DNA of 64,000 bases from an uncultured Gammaproteobacteria bacterium (GCA_964634875.1 CAZWKA010000002.1:15590-79589), one strand, 5' to 3'; shown: positions 26,977-36,281, numbered from the stretch's first letter. A program made the numbers and translations. The notes: generated from the letters alone by a model not told the origin.

Positions 26977-29373
26977 ATGAACAAAAATTCTTTACCAACT
27001 ATCCTAGTCATTCTTGGCGCAACCGGCGACCTGATGACTAAAAAAATCGTCCCTGCGCTCTTTCATTTACACCTCGAAAAAAACCTGCCCACTCTCTTCC
27101 AGGTTATTGGTTACTCGCACCGCCCGCTGAACGACGCCACTTTTCGCGACCATCTGAAAGTAATTTTAGAAAAAGATGCGCGATACAGCACAACTGACGG
27201 CAAAGAAGTGCAGAAATTTTTGGACCGTTTTGTTTTTCATCAAGGGGATTTTGAAAAAGAGGCTGACTACCTATCGCTGGCTGAAAAACTTGGCAACACT
27301 GACGGCGAATGGAAAGTGTGCTCTAATAAACTTTTTTACTTGGCAGTTCCCCCGGATTTTTTGAAAACAATTGTTGGCCATTTGACCACCTCCGAACTTA
27401 CCAAGCCCTGCTCACCAGAAGAAGGCTGGACGCGAGTGTTGGTCGAAAAGCCTTTTGGACGAGACCTGGCGACTGCCGAAAAGCTTGATGAACTTTTAGG
27501 CAAGCTCTTTAAAGAAGAGCAGATTTATCGCATTGACCACTATCTGGCCAAAGAAATGCTCCAAAATATTTTGACGTTCCGGTTCTCCAATAATTTATTT
27601 GAAAAAATTTGGAATAATCAGTTCATCGAACAGATTGAAATCAAACTGTGGGAAACATTGGGCGTTGAGCTGCGCGGGCCATTTTATGACGGTGTCGGTG
27701 CACTTCGGGATATGGGACAAAACCATATCATGCAAATGCTGGCATTGACCACCATGGAGAGACCGCGTAATTATAGTGCAGCAGCGATCCGTGATCAGCG
27801 GGTGGCTATTTTAAAAACGCTTCCAGAGTTAACTAAAAAGGAAGTAGCGACCAACACATTGCGCGCTCAATACGACGGATACCGAGCGATCAAAGGCGTT
27901 TCCCCTACTTCAACAACTGAAACCTATTTTAAAGTAAAAACAGAGCTGACAGCTCCGCGCTGGCGTGGCGTACCTATAATCATGGAAAGTGGCAAACGGA
28001 TGGGCGAAAAAAAGAAAGAAATTATCGTTACCTTTAAACACGCGTCTCCCTGCCTCTGCCCACCTGGTGAACATAATAAAAATCAAATCATTTTTCGACT
28101 TGATCCTGTAGAAGGCATCACTATTAAATTTTGGTCAAAAGTTCCGGGACTTGATTTTAAAATTGAGGGACGTACCATTGATTTCATGTTACGCACGGAA
28201 GCCGCCACCTCTCAATACGTTGAGGAATACAAAAAATTATTACTCGACAGCATAACCGGTGACCAAACTTTGTTTAATGATACACGTGAAGTGCGTGAAA
28301 TGTGGCGTTTTATCGACTCAATAAGTCATGTTTGGGCTAAACAAGTACCGAAACTGGATACGTATACCCCGGACACTAACTCCGTCTCACACCTTCTTTC
28401 TTTCGAACGAGCTATAGAGGACAGGATGCCTAAAAAAATCGGCCTTATTGGGCTTGGAAAAATGGGGGCGAACCTTGCCCGTCGTTTGACGGCTCAGGGT
28501 TGGGAAGTGACCGCTTTTAACCGTACCGCGGCAGTGACCCAAGAGATTGAAAAGGAGGGCATCAAAGGCGTGTATTCCCTAACAGAGCTCGTCCAGAGCC
28601 AAAAGGGCCCGCGAATCATTTGGCTTATGGTGCCAGCGGGAAAACCCGTTGATGACATGCTCTTTGGTAAAGACGGAATTGTTCAGCTGCTTAAAAAGGG
28701 CGACATTATTATTGACGGGGGTAATTCATTTTATGGCGATGCTGCCAAGCGCGCTGCAAAACTTAAAAAATTTGGCATTCATTTTATGGATTGTGGCACA
28801 AGTGGAGGGCCGGGTGGAGCGCTCGCGGGGCCTTGCCTTATGATTGGCGGTGAACGGAAAATATTTGAAAAGATCGAAAATTTTTTTGCGGACTTGGCCG
28901 CACCGGAAAGTTATCAATTTTTTGACGGCTCCGGAGCAGGACATTTTGTAAAAATGGTCCACAATGGAATTGAGTACGGGATGATGCAAGCTCTTGCTGA
29001 AGGATTTGCGGTTATGAAAAAATCTCCGTTTAAATTGAACTTAGAAAAAGTTACTGATATTTACAATCACGGGAGCGTCATCGAATCTCGTCTGGTAGGC
29101 TGGCTCGCTTCTGGCTTTGCTGCGTACGGCCAGGATTTGAAAGGCATTTCCGGATCCGTAAACTACACCGGCGAAGGAGAGTGGACTGTACAGGCAGCCA
29201 AAAAATTAAAAATCCCAGCACCGGTTATCGAAGGCTCGTTCAAATTCCGCGTTGCTTCACAAAAAAAACCTTCGTTTACCGGACAACTTTTGTCCACCCT
29301 GCGCAACCAGTTCGGCGGACATGATGCGGTACATACCAAACCTGGCAAGCCTAGCTCTAAAAAGAAAAAATAA
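26977..29373 (+). CDS. zwf: Fusion protein: glucose-6-phosphate 1-dehydrogenase (N-terminal, ~500 aa) + NAD(P)-binding 6-phosphogluconate dehydrogenase (C-terminal, short/YqeC-type, ~300 aa)
   Basis: G6PD motifs 'ILGATGDLMTKK' and 'RIDHYLAKE'. After '...SFERAIEDR' there is 'MPKKIGLIGLGKMGANLARRL' plus 6PGDH-like core motifs. A single uninterrupted ORF. The ORF-track start at 26884 is an alternative-start N-terminal extension; the ATG at 26977 is preferred. Confidence 0.8.
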   Translation: MNKNSLPTILVILGATGDLMTKKIVPALFHLHLEKNLPTLFQVIGYSHRPLNDATFRDHLKVILEKDARYSTTDGKEVQKFLDRFVFHQGDFEKEADYLSLAEKLGNTDGEWKVCSNKLFYLAVPPDFLKTIVGHLTTSELTKPCSPEEGWTRVLVEKPFGRDLATAEKLDELLGKLFKEEQIYRIDHYLAKEMLQNILTFRFSNNLFEKIWNNQFIEQIEIKLWETLGVELRGPFYDGVGALRDMGQNHIMQMLALTTMERPRNYSAAAIRDQRVAILKTLPELTKKEVATNTLRAQYDGYRAIKGVSPTSTTETYFKVKTELTAPRWRGVPIIMESGKRMGEKKKEIIVTFKHASPCLCPPGEHNKNQIIFRLDPVEGITIKFWSKVPGLDFKIEGRTIDFMLRTEAATSQYVEEYKKLLLDSITGDQTLFNDTREVREMWRFIDSISHVWAKQVPKLDTYTPDTNSVSHLLSFERAIEDRMPKKIGLIGLGKMGANLARRLTAQGWEVTAFNRTAAVTQEIEKEGIKGVYSLTELVQSQKGPRIIWLMVPAGKPVDDMLFGKDGIVQLLKKGDIIIDGGNSFYGDAAKRAAKLKKFGIHFMDCGTSGGPGGALAGPCLMIGGERKIFEKIENFFADLAAPESYQFFDGSGAGHFVKMVHNGIEYGMMQALAEGFAVMKKSPFKLNLEKVTDIYNHGSVIESRLVGWLASGFAAYGQDLKGISGSVNYTGEGEWTVQAAKKLKIPAPVIEGSFKFRVASQKKPSFTGQLLSTLRNQFGGHDAVHTKPGKPSSKKKK

Positions 29374-29382
29374 TAAAATACT

Positions 29383-31227
29383 ATGACTTCGCATGAAAAA
29401 CTGCAAAAACTAACCACCCTCATCCGCTATTTTATCCTCACTTCGACAACGAAGGCCGCTTCAGGACACGCCACATCGTCACTTTCAGCCACCGACCTTA
29501 TGACTATGCTTATGTTTGGCGGATTCTTTAAAGCCGATCTTGAAAACCCACAGAATCCCAACAATGACCGTCTTATTTTTTCTAAAGGCCATGCTTCTCC
29601 CCTATTTTACTCGCTCTACGCGGCAGCGGGGGCTTTTGAGGCCAGCGAACTTGATACCCTGCGCACTTTTGGCAGTCGTCTGGAAGGGCACCCTACCCTT
29701 ATGTTCCCGTATACCGAAGTGCCGACCGGATCGCTTGGACAAGGATTGTCCGTAGGTTTGGGTATGGCGCTTAATGCCAAATATTTAGACAAGACTTCCT
29801 ACCGCACCTACGTACTTTTGGGCGACAGTGAAATGGCGGAAGGTTCTGTGTGGGAGGCTTTGGAGTCAGCGGCATTTTACAAAGCCAATAACCTGGTCGC
29901 TATTATTGATGTGAACCGCCTAGGACAGCGCGGCGAAACCATGCTCGGGTATGACACTGAAAGCTACTACAAAAAAGTGACAGCCTTTGGTTGGGAGGCA
30001 GTTGTAATTGACGGGCATTCCTTGGCAGAAATTAAAGATGCTTTTTCAGCCGCGCTTAAGAGTGCCAAACCATTTTGTATAATTGCCAAGACAACTAAAG
30101 GCAAAGGTGTTTCATTTTTGGAAGATACAGATGGTTGGCATGGCAAGGCGCTTTCGAAAGAAGAGCTTGCAAAAGCTTTACCGGAGTTAGGCGAAGTCAA
30201 CTTACATATTCGCGGTAAAGTAGCAATGCCTGAAAACATCAGTGTCTCAAGCGCTCCTACTCTTGAAAAAAATATTCCAGTAACCGACTATACTAACGGA
30301 AAAGCCGTTTCAACTCGCAAAGCATATGGGAATACTCTTCTGAATCTCGCGCCCCTTATGCAAAATATAGTTGTACTCGATGCTGAAACCAGCAACTCTA
30401 CCTATGCTGAGACCATGAAAAAAGTTGCTCCCGAACGATTTTTTGAAATGTATATTGCAGAACAAAATATGGTGGGCACAGCACTTGGCCTGGCTAAACG
30501 AGGCAAACTTCCTTTTGTTTCAACCTTTGCCGCTTTTTTTAGCCGGGCTTTTGACCAGATCCGCATGAGCCAATATGCCGGTGCCCACCTGGTGTTTGTA
30601 GGTTCGCATGCCGGCGTTTCGATCGGTGAAGACGGGGCTTCCCAGATGGCGCTCGAAGATATAGCTTTATTTAGGACCCTGCACAATAGCACTGTCCTTT
30701 ACCCTAGCGACGCTGTCGCTGCTGAAAAGTGCATTGTCACTGCAGCCAACCACGATGGCTTGGTGTATGTCCGGACTACGCGCAAAGATACGCACGTACT
30801 CTACCCCCAAACAGAAACCTTCCCCGTCGGTGGCAGCAAAACCCTACGCGCCAGCTCTACTGACGCTATCACGCTTGTGGGAGCGGGAATTACGGTCCAC
30901 GAAGCACTGGCTGCACATGGCGAGTTAATGAAAGCAGGGATCGCTGTCCGTGTAATCGACCTCTATAGCATCAAGCCAATTGATTCGGCAGCACTCCATA
31001 AAGCCGTTACCGAGACCGGCCATCTACTCGTCATTGAAGACCACTATGCTGAAGGTGGCATAGCTGAAGCAGTGCGCTCAGCACTTGGCGACCAAGCCGG
31101 AGCAGTGACCAGCCTGGCTGTGACTAAACAACCAAAAAGCGGCAAACCTGAAGAATTGTTGGAATACGAAGGCATCTCAAGTTCGGCTATTGTGAACAAA
31201 GCCAAGGAATTGCTTGCCAGGAAGTAA
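29383..31227 (+). CDS. tkt: Transketolase
   Basis: ThDP-binding 'SGHATSSLSATDLMTMLMF' and 'GDSEMAEGSVWEA'. Pyr and C-terminal domains follow. 614 aa. Confidence 0.9.
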   Translation: MTSHEKLQKLTTLIRYFILTSTTKAASGHATSSLSATDLMTMLMFGGFFKADLENPQNPNNDRLIFSKGHASPLFYSLYAAAGAFEASELDTLRTFGSRLEGHPTLMFPYTEVPTGSLGQGLSVGLGMALNAKYLDKTSYRTYVLLGDSEMAEGSVWEALESAAFYKANNLVAIIDVNRLGQRGETMLGYDTESYYKKVTAFGWEAVVIDGHSLAEIKDAFSAALKSAKPFCIIAKTTKGKGVSFLEDTDGWHGKALSKEELAKALPELGEVNLHIRGKVAMPENISVSSAPTLEKNIPVTDYTNGKAVSTRKAYGNTLLNLAPLMQNIVVLDAETSNSTYAETMKKVAPERFFEMYIAEQNMVGTALGLAKRGKLPFVSTFAAFFSRAFDQIRMSQYAGAHLVFVGSHAGVSIGEDGASQMALEDIALFRTLHNSTVLYPSDAVAAEKCIVTAANHDGLVYVRTTRKDTHVLYPQTETFPVGGSKTLRASSTDAITLVGAGITVHEALAAHGELMKAGIAVRVIDLYSIKPIDSAALHKAVTETGHLLVIEDHYAEGGIAEAVRSALGDQAGAVTSLAVTKQPKSGKPEELLEYEGISSSAIVNKAKELLARK

Positions 31228-31276
31228 AAAACATGGTATCCTTTAGTCATTATAAAAACTTCTAAATCTCGTTTGT

Positions 31277-31390
31277 ATGAACAGTGCCCTTAAGGCTCGC
31301 ATGAACCAAGCTAAAAAGAATACCAAAATCGGCAAAAAACTGAAGAAGAAAACCAAACACATTGTTAAGAAAAAAATCATCAAGACCTAA
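31277..31390 (+). CDS. Possible very small Lys-rich protein (37 aa): MNSALKARMNQAKKNTKIGKKLKKKTKHIVKKKIIKT
   Basis: An ATG-initiated ORF in a 150-nt gap, followed by a hairpin and T9 run at ~31400-31442. No clear Shine-Dalgarno. Composition resembles a ribosomal or nucleic-acid-binding peptide. Confidence 0.25.
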   Translation: MNSALKARMNQAKKNTKIGKKLKKKTKHIVKKKIIKT

Positions 31391-31464
31391 GTAACGACTT
31401 TAAACGACCAGCTTGTACTCCACCTGGTCGTTTTTTTTTAAAATTGACCTTTTTGAAGCGAACC

Positions 31465-31493
31465 TTGACAAAAGCGACTAAAAAATGTATAGT
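31465..31493 (+). promoter_or_regulatory. Sigma70-type promoter (TTGACA-17-TATAGT) for the secreted-protein gene at 31555
   Basis: 'ccTTGACAaaagcgactaaaaaatgTATAGTcagc'. An AAGGAAGG Shine-Dalgarno sits 7 nt before the ATG. Confidence 0.6.
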
Positions 31494-31554
31494 CAGCTGT
31501 CGTTCTTTTTGTTTAAACGGCTGAGACATAAGCGCATACAAGGAAGGCAAACAG

Positions 31555-32223
31555 ATGAGCAAGCGCGCATTCAAAGCTTGTCAATTACTGGTGCTGACCC
31601 TTGTAGGGCTCAGCGCTTACACCGCGATTAACTTTTCCAGCCCATCCCCAAAGAACGTGGATTACGACGAAAAGTACCTGGAAGCCTGGAACAGGTACAG
31701 AACAGCGTGTGAAAAGAACGAACCTCGACTCTACCCAATCCCCTTCGAAACCCTTGTTGAGGACAGGATCGCCCAAGAACCCGTCAGAGCCAAAAAAATC
31801 AAGCTTCTGAAAAAAACTGAAGCCAGTCCCACATCCTCTGGCTTGTCCAACCACGGAACCCTATCCTGTTACAACAAAAACTACTCTGAGCTAAACAGGG
31901 AATGCCGAGAAGTTCCTTCTTCAGCCCTTCCGCGCATGAATTTTTGTCCCTATTACTGGTTTCGACCCGTTCTTCAAACCAGAAACAGGGCGGTGGTTAA
32001 GGCTAGGACGGTAAGACAGAACTCCGAAAGAGTTAACTTGCCGGAAAACATTCGTTGGACCGCAAGCTTTGCCTATAGCTATACAGGCGCATGCCAAGCT
32101 CAGCACATGAACTGGGCAGTGCAGCTGCTAAAGCAAGGGCACCGTCCTGCTGATCTCGACCAGAGATTTGACACCCCCTCCTACTGCTGCACGGTTCCAC
32201 AGACCGTATCTAGAACCCGCTGA
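31555..32223 (+). CDS. Secreted Cys-rich hypothetical protein (222 aa), high-GC cassette 4
   Basis: N-terminal signal peptide 'KACQLLVLTLVGLSAYTA'. About 12 Cys residues. No known domain. A terminator hairpin follows at ~32260-32300. Confidence 0.5.
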   Translation: MSKRAFKACQLLVLTLVGLSAYTAINFSSPSPKNVDYDEKYLEAWNRYRTACEKNEPRLYPIPFETLVEDRIAQEPVRAKKIKLLKKTEASPTSSGLSNHGTLSCYNKNYSELNRECREVPSSALPRMNFCPYYWFRPVLQTRNRAVVKARTVRQNSERVNLPENIRWTASFAYSYTGACQAQHMNWAVQLLKQGHRPADLDQRFDTPSYCCTVPQTVSRTR

Positions 32224-32300
32224 TCGATCGGCCACGTCGATCGACCAGCACCCTAACGAACAGCTTTTTAGTTAAAAGGCTGTTCTTTTTTGTTTTACCA

Positions 32301-32329
32301 TTGACAACTGCGTTAAAAAATGGTAGTTG
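32301..32329 (+). promoter_or_regulatory. Sigma70-type promoter (TTGACA-17-TAGTTG) for the lipoprotein gene at 32351. Its sequence is similar to the promoter at 31465.
   Basis: 'aTTGACAactgcgttaaaaaatggTAGTTG' shares a 'TTGACAA..gcg..taaaaaatg.tag' pattern with the upstream promoter. An AAGGAGG Shine-Dalgarno sits 8 nt before the ATG. Confidence 0.5.
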
Positions 32330-32350
32330 TCCGGTAAAGGAGGGGTCCTG

Positions 32351-33016
32351 ATGAAAAATCTGCTCACAAACAGTGCCCTGCGAGCCGTCGGCTTGCTCGT
32401 CTTGGCTACCACCTGTCTTGGAGGCACGGGCTGCACCGATTTCATATCCAGGCTTGCAGGCGGCTCAAAGGTGGTGGACAAGGGCGAAGGCGTTGAACGA
32501 CCACATGTTGGCTGGTTAGGAGCGCGCGGAGTGACCTCGGCAGACAACGTGAGCGAAGAGGCGCACGAGGCTCTGGTTGTCGCCTTAAAGAAGCTCTGTG
32601 ATGAGGCAGGAAACCAAGAGGCCTGCCGGCAGCACCTGCGCTGCAAATTCGCAAACGACTGTGCAACCGGAAATGAGCCGGTCCTCATCCTGAGCGATTT
32701 GTCTGGTGAGGGTGGTGAGGGCCAACCCCCGATGGGAGTTGGGCAACCAACCTACTGCGATCCGGAGCATGCCCACTATTTTGCGCTACTCATCAAGCCT
32801 GAATCAGAAGCGCCAAACTCATCGGGCTTCTGGCATATTCGCGGCTACCTCCGGTGCATCATCTGTGGACATGAGATCAAACTCGGACGCTACCAGCTCA
32901 ATGATGCGCTGAGTGCGGACGAGGCCCGCTCCCAAGCCGCCTCGCGAATCAGTGACATCATCGAGTGGTTCAAGCGAGAAAGCTTGAGCTGGCCACGAAA
33001 CCCGACGATCAACTGA
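32351..33016 (+). CDS. Putative lipoprotein, Cys-rich hypothetical (221 aa), high-GC cassette 5
   Basis: Signal peptide with a lipobox-like 'LGGTGC'. Many Cys pairs ('EACRQHLRCKFANDC', 'RCIICGHE'). GC-rich codons. Confidence 0.5.
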   Translation: MKNLLTNSALRAVGLLVLATTCLGGTGCTDFISRLAGGSKVVDKGEGVERPHVGWLGARGVTSADNVSEEAHEALVVALKKLCDEAGNQEACRQHLRCKFANDCATGNEPVLILSDLSGEGGEGQPPMGVGQPTYCDPEHAHYFALLIKPESEAPNSSGFWHIRGYLRCIICGHEIKLGRYQLNDALSADEARSQAASRISDIIEWFKRESLSWPRNPTIN

Positions 33017-33043
33017 TCATAGGCCCCGCCCTACCACACAAAC

Positions 33044-33100
33044 CAGTTTCTGGCCCCTTACCAGTGTATTGTATCGGACATACTGGTAAGGCCAGAAACA
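33044..33100. repeat. Long near-perfect inverted repeat / extended hairpin (~22-bp stem)
   Basis: 'gtttctggcc(cc)ttaccagt...actggtaaggccagaaac'. It lies between convergent genes, immediately upstream of the terminator hairpin at 33101-33140. Confidence 0.6.
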
Positions 33101-33140
33101 AAAAACAACCCCTAACATGAGCTGGGGGTTGTTTTGTTTT
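33101..33140. terminator. Bidirectional intrinsic terminator (aacaacccctaacatgagctgggggttgtt followed by a T-run)
   Basis: A 10/11-bp stem with an A-run upstream and 'ttttgtttt' downstream. Confidence 0.6.
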
Positions 33141-33142
33141 AT

Positions 33143-33691
33143 TTATAGATTTTTACCCTCTTCACTAGCTACACCCTCTTCAGCAAAATGTTCAGACTCT
33201 TCTTTGTAGGTATCCCATTTCTTTTTTACTTCGCGAAGTAATTTATTTTTCCAGTACCCTACAAGGCTCTTTTTTTCTGCATACTCCCCGACCACTTCGG
33301 CGGCAAATTCGTTAAACTTGTTTTCCGTGACATCAAGAACGTTGTCCAATTTTCGCTTTACCTGGCCATACAGCATGTAGACCTGGAAATCCCACCATTT
33401 ACGCTTTAACTCCCGAATAATAATATCTTTCATCTCCAGCGCCATATCTTTGCGCTTAACATACTCCTCAACCGCAGTATCAACCAACTCTTCATACATT
33501 TCTTGGGTGGTATCACCAAACTCTTTAGTACGCATCTGAATTTGCTTAGAAAGTTCAAGTATGTCACTTTGAAGATTGCGGCGAAGCATCCTGCCCTTTT
33601 CAGTCATGAGGAGTCCGACGATAGTACCACCGACAAGTCCTCCGAGGAGCATACCTTTTTTAAAGGTGCTAAACTGGTTGCAGTTGTCCAT
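33143..33691 (-). CDS. YtxH-like (DUF948) stress protein
   Basis: N-terminal Gly-zipper TM 'GMLLGGLVGGTIVGLLMTEKGR' followed by long K/E coiled-coil regions. Confidence 0.55.
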   Translation of the reverse strand: MDNCNQFSTFKKGMLLGGLVGGTIVGLLMTEKGRMLRRNLQSDILELSKQIQMRTKEFGDTTQEMYEELVDTAVEEYVKRKDMALEMKDIIIRELKRKWWDFQVYMLYGQVKRKLDNVLDVTENKFNEFAAEVVGEYAEKKSLVGYWKNKLLREVKKKWDTYKEESEHFAEEGVASEEGKNL

Positions 33692-33786
33692 AGTGAAGAT
33701 CTTTAAGAATAGCTAGGATTGACGAGGCAACCCACTGAGGTACTGTAACCCTACCACACAGCGGTGTCAAATTTTTAAATAAACCC

Positions 33787-35241
33787 CTACACGCGTTCCC
33801 AGGCGGCCACATCTTTTAGATACTCATCCTTAATCTTCAAAAAATACTCTTTAACCGGCTCGTACTCATTAGGCACTAAACCATCCAGAATAGCTTCTTC
33901 GAGAGCGGTTTTAATCTTTCCGACAGTCGGCCCAGGTTTAAGATTGCACACTTCCATGATTTCTTCACCCCTAACCGGGGACTGAAAAGCCAACATCTTG
34001 TCTTTTTCCGTAACCTCAATCACCCGCTGTTCGAGACCGTCATAATTCGCGAGACGCTTTACTTTTTTCTGCGGATTACCCGTTGTAATATCGCTTTTGC
34101 CGAGGATAAGCAGATCATTAATTTCGACTCCAGCATTAAAAATAAGGCGACGAACAGCTGAGTCCGTTACCCCTCCATCCATAAGAGCAATCGGCTGCAT
34201 ATGCCAGCGCACAAGTTTGGCGAGATACTTAGTATGTTCGGTGGACAAACGAAGTCGCTTGGCAAGAGCAAAGACCATTTTTCGTCCAACGTGTTCGTGG
34301 GCATGGAATGTCCAACCAATCCTTGGTATAAAACGCTTGGTCGCGGGCTTACCAACGTCATGCAATAATCCTGCCAAACGCAGCCAAACATTGTTTGAGC
34401 GCAAAGCAATATTATCAACCACCTTAAAAGTGTGATAAAGATTATTTTTGTGACTATGCCCATAAACATCCTCAACACCGTCAAGCGCCGAAATTTCTGG
34501 CAAAATAATATCCATTAATTTTGTTTGAAACAAAAGCAAAAGCCCGATAGACGGCTCTGGAGTTTTGAGAAGCTTGAGCAGCTCTTCCTGGATGCGTTCC
34601 CCAGAAACAATAGTAATACGTTCACGATTACGATGAATTGCTTCAAGTGTTTTGGGTTCAATAGAGAACCTAAGCTGGGCAGCAAAACGAATTGCGCGAA
34701 GCATGCGGAGCGGATCTTCGCTAAAGGTAATATCCGAGTCAAGCGGTGTGCGCAGAATTTTGTCTGCGAGGTCAGCTTTGCCATTAAACGGATCAGTGAC
34801 CGACGCAAAAAGCTCGTCAACAGTCGGCAAAGCCTTTTTACCCCATAGCGCAACGGGAATAGCCATGGCATTTACGGTAAAATCGCGACGTTCTAAATCT
34901 TGCACCAGGGTTGTCTCGGAAACAAGCGGTTTACGCGAATTTGTATCATATTTTTCAGCACGCGCTCCGGCAAATTCAAGCTCAACGGCTTCATCGCCTT
35001 CGCCGAGTATATACCTGGCGGTATCAAAATCAGGGAATTCAACAAGACTCCCCTTTTCTTTATAGGCCTCGTCAACAAGTTTTGCAAAAGCAATTCCACT
35101 GCCTTCCACAACGAAATCGTAATCTTTTTTTTCAATTCCAGTTAAAAATAAATCACGAACAAAACCGCCGACCACAGAGACCGGCAGTTTATTTTTTTTT
35201 GAGAGAGAGGCAATTTTCTTAAAAATCTTTTCGTACTCCAT
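33787..35241 (-). CDS. cca: CCA-adding tRNA nucleotidyltransferase / poly(A) polymerase-family protein with HD domain
   Basis: PolyA_pol head 'VVGGFVRDLFLTGIEKKDYDFVVEG', 'RRDFTVNAMA' and the HD motif 'LLHDVGKP'. 484 aa. Confidence 0.82.
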   Translation of the reverse strand: MEYEKIFKKIASLSKKNKLPVSVVGGFVRDLFLTGIEKKDYDFVVEGSGIAFAKLVDEAYKEKGSLVEFPDFDTARYILGEGDEAVELEFAGARAEKYDTNSRKPLVSETTLVQDLERRDFTVNAMAIPVALWGKKALPTVDELFASVTDPFNGKADLADKILRTPLDSDITFSEDPLRMLRAIRFAAQLRFSIEPKTLEAIHRNRERITIVSGERIQEELLKLLKTPEPSIGLLLLFQTKLMDIILPEISALDGVEDVYGHSHKNNLYHTFKVVDNIALRSNNVWLRLAGLLHDVGKPATKRFIPRIGWTFHAHEHVGRKMVFALAKRLRLSTEHTKYLAKLVRWHMQPIALMDGGVTDSAVRRLIFNAGVEINDLLILGKSDITTGNPQKKVKRLANYDGLEQRVIEVTEKDKMLAFQSPVRGEEIMEVCNLKPGPTVGKIKTALEEAILDGLVPNEYEPVKEYFLKIKDEYLKDVAAWERV

Positions 35242-35246
35242 ATCAC

Positions 35247-36281
35247 TTAGATGCGTTTATTTATCCCAGACCTATTTTGTGCCACCACCTCATCAACCCA
35301 ACCTCCTTTTACCAAGGCTTTTAATGAATTTTCCATAGAAATCATATTGTCTTTACTACCGGTTTGAATCACGGATTTAAGCTGGGCAATATTGTTCTCG
35401 CGAACCAAGTTTGCAACCGCTGGCGTATTAACCAAAATTTCTCGAGCAGGGACACGGCCACCATCTTTGGATGGAACGAGTTGCTGCGCGACTACCATGC
35501 GTAGTACGGCCGAAAGCTGGATGAGCACTTGTTTTTGCCGGGTTCCTTCAAACACATCCACAATACGCTCAATTGCTTCGGCTGCGCTCGAGGTATGCAA
35601 GGTAGAAAAGACAAGGTGCCCTGTTTCAGCAGCCGTCAGTACAGTAGAGATTGTTTCTGGGTCACGCATTTCCCCAACCACAATAATATTTGGGTCTTGA
35701 CGGAGGACATACTTGAGCGCCGCAGCAAAAGATTCCGTATCGGTACCCACTTCACGCTGCTCAATAAGGCTTTCTTTATTTTCAAAAACAAACTCAATAG
35801 GATCCTCGATAGTAATAATATGCGCTTTGCGGGTTTTATTGATCTCCTCGACCAACGAAGCAATGGTGGTCGATTTTCCAGAACCTGTTGGACCAGTTAC
35901 CAAAACTAAACCGTCAAGCATGGTCGGGACTTCTTTAAGGGCTTGTTCAAAATTAAGATCTTCGGTTGTGGGAATAGAAGCGGGTATGAGACGGGCAGCC
36001 AAGCCAATTTTTTCTTCTTGACTGTGTAAGTTGATACGGAAGCGAGTACCGTCAATTTCGTACCCAAAATCAAGTTCCTTGTGTGCCAGATACTTATCTT
36101 TTTGTTCTTTCGTGAGTAAACCAAAAATAGCAGTTTCAAGCTCTTTTACAGGAAGTGGCTCCCCTTCAATTTCACGCAATTCACCCTCTACCCTGACCAT
36201 TGGTTTTTCACTGGCAACCAGGTGCAGGTCTGAAGCATCTTGCTTGATGGCCTCCTTGAAGAAGTTTTTAATAGCCAACAT
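35247..36281 (-). CDS. pilT: Type IV pilus retraction ATPase PilT
   Basis: Walker A 'VTGPTGSGKSTT', Asp box, and a His box 'TLHTSSAAE'. N-terminus 'ASDLHLVASEKPMVRVEG'. 344 aa. Confidence 0.88.
   Translation of the reverse strand: MLAIKNFFKEAIKQDASDLHLVASEKPMVRVEGELREIEGEPLPVKELETAIFGLLTKEQKDKYLAHKELDFGYEIDGTRFRINLHSQEEKIGLAARLIPASIPTTEDLNFEQALKEVPTMLDGLVLVTGPTGSGKSTTIASLVEEINKTRKAHIITIEDPIEFVFENKESLIEQREVGTDTESFAAALKYVLRQDPNIIVVGEMRDPETISTVLTAAETGHLVFSTLHTSSAAEAIERIVDVFEGTRQKQVLIQLSAVLRMVVAQQLVPSKDGGRVPAREILVNTPAVANLVRENNIAQLKSVIQTGSKDNMISMENSLKALVKGGWVDEVVAQNRSGINKRI

Noticed and set aside
33030-33760. A 12-nt direct repeat 'ccctaccacaca' flanking the YtxH-like gene (33030 and 33749).
   Set aside because: Several exact 12-mers within 1 kb are expected by chance in 64 kb. 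There are no associated inverted repeats or mobility genes.
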